Source of the DNA: Octopus sinensis
Lineage: Eukaryota
DNA: 64,000 nt
Direction of reading: 5' to 3'
Assembly (NCBI RefSeq): GCF_006345805.1
Contig: NC_042997.1
Location: 27,652,001-27,716,000, forward strand
The position numbers and the translations under genes were made by a program. Below, piece after piece: positions 1-9,856 of this stretch. How positions within the stretch are numbered: the stretch's first letter is position 1; every line of letters starts with the position of its first letter. The notes under the pieces were generated by a model. The model made no database searches. It saw only the letters and a program-made list of their open reading frames with translations, and was not told where the DNA came from.

Positions 1-223
1 GATTTTTTGAAGAAACTGCACCAAGCCACAGACTTTCCCAGAAGAGTAAAGCCTTAGACTATTTCTATTTACTTTTTCGAATGAGCCCATTTGAAATCAT
101 TACGGCAGAAGAACGAAAAAACGTTACGCTAAACGTAAACAAAACGAAAGAAAGGATAGTTTGTTATTTCCACAACCTTAAATGAAATTAAGGCCTATTT
201 GCCATAAATATTATTAAGGGTAT

Positions 224-1478
224 CAGAAAGTTACCCAGAATAACAAATTCTATCGTAAAATTTTGTTGTATACCCAATTGAATATTAGCTAATAACCATT
301 TTCTATAGCGATGTTTGAACAAATTTTAATAATTTTACAGAAAGTTACCCAGAATAACAAATTCTATCGTAAAATTTTGTTGTATACCCAATTGAATATT
401 AGCTAATAACCCATTTTCTATAGCGATGTTTGAACAAAATTTTAATAATTTTACAGAAAGTTACCCAGAATAACAAATTCTATCGTAAAATTTTGTTGTA
501 TACCCAATTGAATATTAGCTAATAACCCATTTTCTATAGCGATGTTTGAACAAAATTTTAATAATTTTACAGAAAGTTACCCAGAATAACAAATCTATCG
601 TAAAATTTGTTGTATACCCAATTGAATATTAGCTAAACCCATTTTCTATAGCGATGTTTGAACAAAATTTTAATAATTTTACAGAAAGTTACCCAGAATA
701 ACAAATTCTATCGTAAAATTTTGTTGTATACCCAATGAATATTAGCTAATAACCCCTTTTCTATAGCGATGTTTGAACAAAATTTAATAATTTTACAGAA
801 AGGTACCCAGAATAACAAATTCTATCGTAAAATTTTGTTGTATACCCAATTGAATATTAGCTAATAACCCATTTTCTATAGCGATTGTTTGAACAAAATT
901 TTAATAATTTACAGAAAGTTACCCAGAATAACAAATTCTATCGTAAAATTTGTTGTATACCCAATTGAATATTAGCTAATAATCCATTTTCTATAGCGAT
1001 GTTTGAACAAAATTTTAATAATTTTACAGAAAGTTACCCAGAATAACAAATTCTATCGTAAAATTTTTTGTATACCCAATTGATATTAGCTAATAACCCA
1101 TTTTCTATAGCGATGTGTTGAACAAAATTTAATAATTTTACAGAAAGTTACCCAGAATAACAAATTCTATCGTAAAATTTTGTTGTATACCCATTGAATA
1201 TTAGCTAATAACCCATTTTCTATAGCGATGTTTGAACAAAATTAATAATTTTACAGAAAGTTACCCAGAATAACAAATTCTATCGTAAATTTTGTTGTAT
1301 ACCCATTGAATATTAGCTAATAACCCATTTTCTATAGCGTTGTTTGAACAAAATTTTAATAATTTACAGAAAGTTACCCGAATAACAAATTCTATCATAA
1401 ATTTTGTTGTATACCCAATTGAATATAGCTAATAACCATTTTCTATAGCGATGTTTGAACAAAATTTTAATAATTTTA
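224..1478. repeat. Tandem minisatellite, ~116-bp unit, 11 copies
   Basis: Unit CAGAAAGTTACCCAGAATAACAAATTCTATCG...TTTTAATAATTTTA restarts at 224, 338, 454, 570, 682, 796, 912, 1027, 1141, 1254, 1367; copies differ mostly by homopolymer indels. Confidence 0.97.
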
Positions 1479-1816
1479 TATATGTTGAATTTACCTGTAT
1501 CTACCTGCAATAGAGTCACTTTGTGACAAAAATTTAGTATAGAATGGTTGAGGACATTTCATTAATTATCTTCCAAAAATTACATTAATATATGATAAAT
1601 AAAAAAGTTATAGTTGTTTAATGAAACCAGACTAAATTTATGATTACGTTAGAAATTAATTGAAAACACATAAGGGGTGTATTTGGTCAGAAATATAGTA
1701 ACGAAAGGGTAAGAAAAACCAAAAATATTTTATTCTTATAAATGTTGTATTCAAAATAACATTTCTTTTAAGAATGCGTATATAACAAAGTATGTGTATA
1801 TAAACTACGTGGCTTA

Positions 1817-2191
1817 TATTTATATATAAAGAGTGAAGTTGTGTGTCGTCTCCTACGATTTAGATTCCTAACTACTCCACATTTTGCGGTGCAGTGTAGC
1901 CAAAACCGAGTATCTTATAGTCGGAGTCATATCGAGCCTTGGGTATTAGCGCGCGTCTACGATGAGTCTACGATTTTTAAAAAAATTTACCATCATATTT
2001 TTCCATTTTAATGCATTTTTTTCGCTATTATATAAATATCTACGATGTGTCAACGATTTAAAAAGAAATTTACCTTAATTTTTTTTCCATTTTTAATGCA
2101 TTTTTTTCCAATTTTTTGGCTATAACTCTCTAAAAATGCTTATATAGTTATTTCCTTTACAAACCCGAGCAACGCCGGGCGATACTGCTAG
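1817..2191 (+). mobile_element. Non-autonomous Helitron (~375 bp)
   Basis: 3' hairpin CCCGAGCAACGCCGGG then CTAG|T at 2188-2192; homologous to 49566-49957, which keeps the canonical A|TC...CTAG|T ends. Confidence 0.85.
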
Positions 2192-2216
2192 TACATACAT
2201 ATTAGCATATATATAT

Positions 2217-2407
2217 TAAATGAAAGAATGGAGTCGAACGAAGATGTTAACAAAATTCCTTTACTCTCGACACATGTTTCCAAGACAGCATATTTTCATT
2301 CCGAAGGAATAAAGGGTGCATTATGCAATCTTCTCATCAGGAAAGAAAGGAAGCCTCTCTCGACAACAAGACAAACAAAAAATTTTCGATGATTGCCTAC
2401 ATGGTAA
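2217..2407 (-). repeat. 191-bp HHR-bearing direct repeat (pLTR-like), partner at 4204-4394
   Basis: 189/191 identical to 4204-4394; homologous to 24260-24440 in the opposite orientation. Confidence 0.95.
2256..2352 (-). ncRNA. Type I hammerhead ribozyme, family A, copy 1 (C11.1>G lesion)
   Basis: Minus strand: stem I UUCCUUUCUUUC / GAGAG(U)AAAGGAA, CUGAUGA (2340-2334), 53-nt stem II, GAAA, stem III ACA-UG-UGU, GUC triplet with predicted cut between 2269 and 2268. Confidence 0.85.
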
Positions 2408-2539
2408 TATACATATATATACACATATTTATAGTAAATGATATAATTTAAAGAATAAGCGAAAATTAAATAATTATCCATATCGATATCTCATTATAAT
2501 GATTGCGCTTCGAAGTATTTTTTGTATATTTGGGTGGAA

Positions 2540-2900
2540 AGAATTTCTTATCGCATGTTAAGAGAGGAATGTAGAAGATCATTCTTCCCTCTGATTGGAT
2601 TTAATTAATCAATAAAATCTTTCCCCTCGTTATTGATTGCAGAATCACAATCTATACGACTCCACTTTTTTTTTGTGCGGTTAAGCACTTCATGATAGAC
2701 GACACCCTTCATATCACAACACAGATAAAATATCCTTAGGGTGCTGTCTTCGTCTGTGAATAGGTTCTCCTTTTCGATACTAATGAGTCAACCAAGGAAA
2801 CTTTGACATAGCAAAATCACTTTGTAACATAAAACTTACCTGATAAAATTTTTTAAATTCAGGAAAAAATATTGAATTCGTTGGGAATTTATCATTTATC
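2540..2900 (-). mobile_element. Decayed mariner transposase fragment
   Basis: Frame-shifted minus-strand translation GEPIHRRRQHPK...LCCDMKGVVYHEVLNRT resembles the mariner LHPKKVLLSVWWDxKGVVYxELL segment. Confidence 0.55.
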
Positions 2901-3149
2901 CTACGAATGCTAAATTATTATTTATAAAGAGAAGTTATAGTAACAACAACATGACTTATATTTCCTTTTATTGTTTGTTTACTTCTCGGTTATCACAAAG
3001 CTTGGGTGTGGGAAGGATTAAGGTGCGAACGTAGTAGTCATAGTAAGTAGGAAGTTGAATGTAAAATACGTTGACTTATGTACTTTCTCGTTCTATTTTT
3101 AATGCATTGTCTAGTTTATATTGTCTACTACAGATATCTATCTGTCTGC

Positions 3150-3229
<80 letters not shown>

Positions 3230-3380
3230 ATATCTATATGCACACACGTATATATGTATATATGCATGTGTGTGTATATATATAAGTCCGTATGCATTTT
3301 TGTATACATATATATGTTGATATATACACACACACACATATATATATATATACATATATATATATACATATTTTGCTTAT

Positions 3381-3409
<29 letters not shown>

Positions 3410-3411
<2 letters not shown>

Positions 3412-3570
3412 CACCAAGTAAGTCAGGGGTTGTGAATTCAACCCACTAAGGGATAATACTTATCCAATATACTGTTGGTATAATACCCAAATTATTAATA
3501 CTCAAGCGTTTTTAATTGCAATGCAATTAACTTACTTATTGTATTAAATGGGTGAAGGTAAAGAAATATT
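3410..3570. repeat. Unclassified dispersed repeat, second copy ~25750-25930
   Basis: Shared GGTTGTGAATYCAACC.ACTAAGGGATAATA..TATCCAATATACTG and downstream GTGAAGGTAAA...TTACC.TTAATTTATA. Confidence 0.6.
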
Positions 3571-3920
3571 TTACCATTAATTTATATAATATATATATAT
3601 ATATATATATAAGCAACATAGAAGAAGGTAGAAAATGCGAATATAAGTTTACTCGTGAGTAAAGAAGAGAGACAGAGAGAGACGGAAAAATGGAAAATGT
3701 CCCTTGTATGTGAAAAACTATAGAAATATTATAAACAACGCATTTCATTTCATTTTTCCACAATTTAATTGTTTTTCATACTTTAAGTTGAAAAAGTCAT
3801 AAAGGCTGAAACCGGTACTAAAATATTCATCATAAAATAATTTTAGCATTTTCTACCTTGTCTTATTTTGCTTATACATATCAACTCGTGTGTTCCTTTT
3901 CAACCTTCTGCACGCACACA

Positions 3921-3951
<31 letters not shown>

Positions 3952-3958
3952 GCACGCG

Positions 3959-4011
<53 letters not shown>

Positions 4012-4242
4012 TATTATATATATATATATATATATATATTTAAGTAGGTGAAGAATTATCCTATGTTTATCGTCAGCATGAAAATTCGTTTAACCGAAAC
4101 CTGGGTAGCAAATTCACGTCAGAAAACACGGTTTTTGAAGCGACCTGTCAAGGGTAGTAAGAAACTCGGGTTCATGTGCAGAAATTTGTTTGTTGTATAT
4201 GAATAAATGAAAGAATGGAGTCGAACGAAGATGTTAACAAAA

Positions 4243-4339
4243 TTCCTTTACTCTCGACACATGTTTCGAAGACAGCATATTTTCATTCCGAAGGAATAAA
4301 GGGTGCATTATGCAATCTTATCATCAGGAAAGAAAGGAA
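4243..4339 (-). ncRNA. Type I hammerhead ribozyme, family A, copy 2 (G10.1>U lesion)
   Basis: Same fold as 2256-2352; CUGAUGA at 4327-4321, U at 10.1 (4320), C11.1 intact (4268), predicted cut between 4256 and 4255. Confidence 0.85.
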
Positions 4340-4868
4340 GCCTCTCTCGACAACAAGACAAACAAAAAATTTTCGATGATTGCCTACATGGTAAACAGCG
4401 ATAATGAGTGTTTTTTTTTTTAAATCCGTTAGGAGAATTGACGTCAAAAATGGATAGTAGGAGGAAGGAAAGGGATAAAGTAATAATGGGTAGGGGACAG
4501 TATGTTTGCTGTATGTATGGAAATGTGTGGGTGTGTGCTTGTGTTAATGAGTGCGTGTGTTTGTGTGTGTTTGTATGTGTATGTGTATAACTGCATTTGT
4601 GGCTGTGTGTGTGAGAGAGAGACAGACGTCAAAGATAGATAGTAGTAAGGGAAGGTATAAAGGAGTAATAAGTAGGGAACAAGTGGAGAGGGAAGTGTAT
4701 GTTGATTGAAAGAATGTTCGAAGGCTTAGGAAAGAATTTCTCTATAGCAGTGGGGTGGATGTGAAGCTAATTGTTCAAACCACAGTGACAACCGTTATCA
4801 TTTATATGAGTAGAAAGTGTGTTTCTGCCAGCGTTTACATTTGTACGATTTTTCTATTAGTGTGTTTA

Positions 4869-6432
4869 TTAGGGGAACCTTAGCGAAAAGAATATGGAAG
4901 AGTTCAGAGTTACAAATGTTACAAAATCTCCTGCCCTTATCAAAAGGACGGGTGAAGAATCTTTGTGTAGCAGCTTGGTATTATGGGAAGATATAATTTG
5001 TGAAAGATTCCTAGTGTTAGAGAAAGCTATTCTGACTTCGTGTGAATTGATAATAGAATAATATCTAGAATTTCTAGGAAAGTTCCTAGCAACGGCTTCA
5101 CGGAACTGTAAGGGAAAGTTCGATTTAATTTGTTTTCCGAAAGGTATTACAAACCAGATATAGTTTTTTGTGGCCTTTGAATTGTTCTTAGTGTTGTTTG
5201 TGATAGTAATTGGAAAATTTCTGGGTTGGAAATTTGGGGTTGCATGGCGTTTACCTCCCCTAGTCCGTAAATAATTTATTTTATGTACAGGGGTGCTGGC
5301 ATTATTAGAATTGAAATCATTATTCCTATTACGAGTTGCTTTACTATCTGAAGCAGATGCTGGTTTAGAATGAGCTGGGTCGATGTATGACACTTTTTCC
5401 TTATAACCGGCTCTTGACAAGGCGGCGCTGTAGAAGTCTGCCTTTTGGTTAAAGATGTCGACATTAGCAGATAATTTGGACAGTCTCAGAGATATGTTTT
5501 TAACTAAATTATCGGTAATTAGCGTGGCATGATTACTGAAAATGCTGATATACTTAAGATTAGTGGAAGGTTTATGATAAGGGAAGTATGAGTTATTCTG
5601 CAGATTGAGGGTAATGTCCAAGAAGTTGGCTTTAGTTAATTTATCGTCAAAAACTATGCGCAAGCCCATTCTACTAAAAAACCTAACTAATCTGTTCTTA
5701 ACCTTCTGTATTTTTTGGTTCGAAGCGTTTTGGAGGTAAAGCAGACAATCGTCGCGATAAAGACACCCCCACAGATGTCCGGGAATTGGTCGGCCATTTC
5801 ATAAAGAATATAAATTCCGACCAAATCGGCTATCTGGGCGCTGTCTGTACTTCCCATTATTACATCAAACGCGTTGGGGGTGTCTCTACGGACCCACAAC
5901 TTGCTATCGAACTGGATGAAAGATTTTCTAGCAGTCAATATCACACTAATTTCCTCCCTGGAGAGGCCTGTCTTATTGTGTGCGTGCCATAGGGCCTTAT
6001 TAAGTATAATAGGGTTGATTGAAGGATAGAAACTAGATATATCGAATTGGATAAATTTAGTGTTGGCCTTATCAGTAATAGAAGTAAACCACTCTACGAC
6101 TTGAACAGAGTTGGACCATAAGCTAAGTTTTAATTTATTAATTAATATAGGGATATACTTATCTAATATGTATTTACTAAGGGTACCGATGTCTGAACTG
6201 GAAGGGCATATGAGCCGCAATGCTGGGTTAGTATGAAAGTTCTGTCTGTGGCCCTTTAAGATGAATCTGGGTTGTCTGGGGTTCAATGGTTCCGTCTTCA
6301 TTTGTAATCCGTAAGTCTCCATAATCTTCTTAGTTTCTAAGTTGGCCTGCCTGAGAGTATTCCTACTGGTGGTCCTGTAATTCTTATGTATCTCCCTTTT
6401 GAGCAGTTCTAAATAATGGCTCTTGGTAAGCT
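4869..6432 (-). mobile_element. Penelope-like element, RT remnant (5'-truncated, one frameshift, no GIY-YIG)
   Basis: ORFs 5687-6420 and 4869-5669: LKGHRQNF..PALRLICP, FIQFDISSFYPSI, DVIMGSTDSAQIADLVGIYIL, ANFLDITLNL, YIWFVIPF..IISSHNTKLL; motifs most like the Hydra clade of PLEs (inference). Confidence 0.92.
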
Positions 6433-6444
6433 TATATATATATA

Positions 6445-6640
6445 TTTTTTTTTTCCCTCTGTCTTCACTTCTCGGGATCTTTCCTTCTCCTATGTTTCCG
6501 ACGAAGAGCTCCACTCGAAACGTTAAACCCTCCTTCTTTCCTTCTTTCCTGAGCGTCCAATAATACTTTATTTGTTCCACGTCCTCGAGTTGTTGTGTTT
6601 TTTTTTTGTTTTTTTGTGTTTTCTTGTTTGGATTAACTTT
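6445..6640 (+). mobile_element. pLTR-like fragment, family C (also 23895-24090; diverged relative ~36480-36650)
   Basis: Near-identical to 23915-24085; all three share the HHR-like core and downstream TTTCCTGAGCGYC. Confidence 0.75.
6494..6528 (+). ncRNA. Minimal hammerhead-like motif, family C (non-canonical core CCGACGA-A)
   Basis: GUUU / CCGACGA A / GAG-CUCCA-CUC / GAAA C-G U U / AAAC; palindromic ACGU stem III. Confidence 0.55.
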
Positions 6641-6645
6641 ATATA

Positions 6646-6687
<42 letters not shown>

Positions 6688-6805
6688 AATGGCGGTGCTC
6701 CAGCAAATGGCGGTGCCCCAGCAAATGGCGGTGCCCCAGCATGGCCACAGCTCATGGGCTGAAACTAGAATCAATCAATCAATCAATCATATATATATAT
6801 ATATA

Positions 6806-7290
6806 CACGCTAAAACTGTAATGTGCTAAGTTAAAATTTTGTCGCATGATTTCTTATTTTTATTTCTGTCTAATTGTAGTTAAATGGTGATGAGTTGGTG
6901 GGTTCTTTAGAAGGTCCGACGGAATGTCTTGCACTATTTGTTCCAGCTCTCTAAGTCCAAACCCTACCAATGTGGATTTTGTCTTTCTTCTTTCCAGGTA
7001 ATATCGTTAAACGGACTCTCAGATACAAAGGGCAATCCGTTCTATCTCTACGGCTTTTTCCATCGGTATTTTTCCGCTGTGAGAAGGGTCGTGGCGAGAT
7101 CCATACAGTATTCTTTTCTTCAGACATTGTGAAGCGTCAAGTGAGGTGCTAGCAGCTTTCTCTGAAACATTACAAGAATATTTGAAGGACGAGCTGATGT
7201 CCTCTAGAGCACGGGACATAAATATATAAAGAAAGTGTTAGTAGAGTTTACAAATTATCTCCGCCTCTGTAAGCAATTTTGAATATGCAA
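6806..7290 (-). mobile_element. End of an unclassified TIR DNA transposon with decayed ORF C-terminus
   Basis: 52-bp TIR CACGCTAAAA.TGTAATGTGCTAAGTTAAAATTTTGTCGCATGA.TTCTTAT (6806-6857), found inverted at 60650-60701; ORF remnant AASTSLDASQCLKKRILYGS..MEKAVEIERIAL..RYYLERRK..LVGFGLRELE. Confidence 0.6.
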
Positions 7291-7588
7291 AAAATTTGTG
7301 TGGATTAATTTTGTGTGGATTAATTTTGTGTGGATTAATTTTGCCTGATTGCCACAATGTTTCTCAATTCGAAAGAAACCCCGGACCTCTATTCATATGG
7401 ACACATGCATTCATTCAGGCCTTCCAACCTACCTACCTACCTACCTACCTACCAACATGTCTGTCTGTCTATCTAGTATTTGTATGTATTTATGTGAATG
7501 TATATCTGTGTGTAATACACACACGCACACACACACATACACACACGCACACACATACACACACACACAACACACACACAAATCATAC

Positions 7589-7819
7589 ACTGCGGCCATG
7601 CTGGAGCACCGCCTTTAGTCGAGCAAATCGACCCCAGGACTTATTCTTTGAAAGCCTATTACTTATTCTATCGGTCACTTTTACCGAACCGCTAAGTTAC
7701 GGGGACGTAAACGCACCACCATCGGTTGTCAAGCGATGTTGGGGGAACAAACACAGACACACAAATATATACACACACATACATACATACATGCATACAT
7801 ACATACATACATACATATA

Positions 7820-7866
<47 letters not shown>

Positions 7867-8069
7867 ATGTGTGTGTGTGTGTGTATATATATATATACAC
7901 ACATACATATATGCGACGGGCTTCCTTCAGTTTCCGTCTACCAAATCCACTCAGGAGGCTTTGGTCGGCCGGAGGTTATAGTAGAAGACACTTGCCCAAG
8001 GTGCAACGCAGTGGGAATGAACCGGGAACCATGTGGTTGGTAAGCAAGCTACTTACCACACAGCCACTC
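7589..8069 (-). mobile_element. tRNA-derived SINE family A (internal TA/CA microsatellite)
   Basis: Head GAGTGGCTGTGTGGTAAG...GGTTCCCGGTTCATTCCC, body, tail GGCGGTGCTCCAGCATGGCC; dominant SINE of the window. Confidence 0.9.
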
Positions 8070-8354
8070 GTGAACTTTTCAGATATCTACGACTGCCATC
8101 ACCACCATCATTACCATCCTCACTAATTTTAATGTTCAGGGGAAACAATTCTTGATCTAGAAACCTACTATTATTCTCCCTTACACTCATTTACACGCAC
8201 GCGCGCACAGACCCAAACACATATAGATGTGTGCCCCTGCGCAAACACATACATACGTGCATGCACAGTTATCTGGTAACATATATATATATATATTCTA
8301 ACCTAAGCGAGCTGGCAGAAACGTTAGCAGGCCGGGCGAAATGCGTAGCCGTAA

Positions 8355-9480
8355 TTGAAAGAAACACAGAGCATCTCAAAATAAATACAGTAACAAAAGG
8401 GGTAAACCCACTCACCAGTTGTGGTTTGTCTATATTTGACTTATTTACCTTTTTACCAAAGGATTCGTTGTTCAATAGACTAAGATCTCTGGATGAAGGG
8501 AGTAGAGTTTACACACCAGGGACATTGGATATAGTGACTAGGCACTGGAGCATCCGCCTTCTTGGAAGGAACTCTGGGAAGACTTCCTTCATTCTACGTG
8601 CTATCACTGACCTCTTGCCAACTCCAAATAACCTTAAAATATGAGGCACAGAAAAAGAAGACTCATCCTGCAACCGGTGTGTAACTACATTTTGATCGAG
8701 TGCACTAGGGCACCGGCTGAAGGCTGCTACAAGTGGAGACACGACAAGGTCCTTGTAGAAACCGCCTAGTTGATTGATGTGCAAAGGGTTAAAGGTGAAC
8801 AAATACCAGCCAACACCACAGTTAAACGGTATCAGATTACTAAGATATGGCAACATGGCTCCAAAGAAGAAAACAAAGGCTGGGGATCCGTTTTATATTT
8901 TGCATCCAGCTTCTGACTGAAATATGTTATTAAACCTGAAGGACAGATTCGTCTTCCCAGAAGAGACAGCGGTAACATCACGCCGATCCAATATGTTCCT
9001 GCTCTCAAAGAATACGAAAGCAATCTTCGCAATCGAACTCACAGTACTCTTGGAGGACAAATTCTATATTTCCCACCAGCTAAGGAAAACTAAATATCAG
9101 GGCTTAGTCGACAAGGTTCTTGCCAAAATGATGGTACCCAGTTTAATTTCCTATTGAAGTCGGTTACCGAGCCTTTTCAGCGTGGTCGGTGCGCTATTTC
9201 CTACAGATGATGGGGCTGGAACCCAGTCAGCTGAAGAAAGCCACCTAGGATATAGGCACTCAGGTTGGCCGGCAAAGACTCGTTCAGTCATTCGTACTCC
9301 ACTGGTGCAAAGCATACAGGATAAGAAGCGAAACGCTTGTGACCCTGGGATAACTGCTGACGATATGGAAGTGTAACCAGCGTTGCAATGGATTGCAATG
9401 GGTTTAGAAGAGCTTGCAAAATCTCTGAGTAACTGCTTCAGTCTGTGTTTGAGGCGGAGCACCCCTGATGTTTATTTCAC
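8355..9480 (+). mobile_element. HERO-like (R2 superfamily, RLE) LINE, decayed 3' part
   Basis: SFILRAITDLLPTPNNLKI*G, YILIECTRAPAEGCYKWRHDKVL, LKDRFVFPEETAVTSRRSNM..AIELTVLLED..RKTKY, PIEVGYRAF. Confidence 0.8.
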
Positions 9481-9856
9481 CTATACATCTTAGAGTGATG
9501 CACGCATAAGATAGTGGAGGAGCAACTATAATTACGCATAAAGGTTTGAAGCAAGATTTGCGCTAAAATACTCAGCTGCACGGACGGACACAGAGTCGTA
9601 GTTGCAGGCATGAGAAGCCCTTTTGGGAATCACCTCGCTTTGGGTTTAGTCCCACTGTGCGTCACCTTGAGCAAGAGTTTTCTACTATAGTGCCGTACCA
9701 ACTAATGCCTTGTAAGTGAATTTGCATCTGTGGGCATATAAGTATATATGTGTGTGCGTGTGTGTGCGTGCGTGTGTATACGTGCATGTGTGTGCGTGTG
9801 TGCGTCTGTGTGTGTGTGTATGTGTGTGTGTGTCTGTGTGCGTGTGCGTGTGTGTA

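Noticed and set aside
224-1478. CRISPR-like regular repeat
   Set aside because: Units are contiguous with no unique spacers, and the context is eukaryotic
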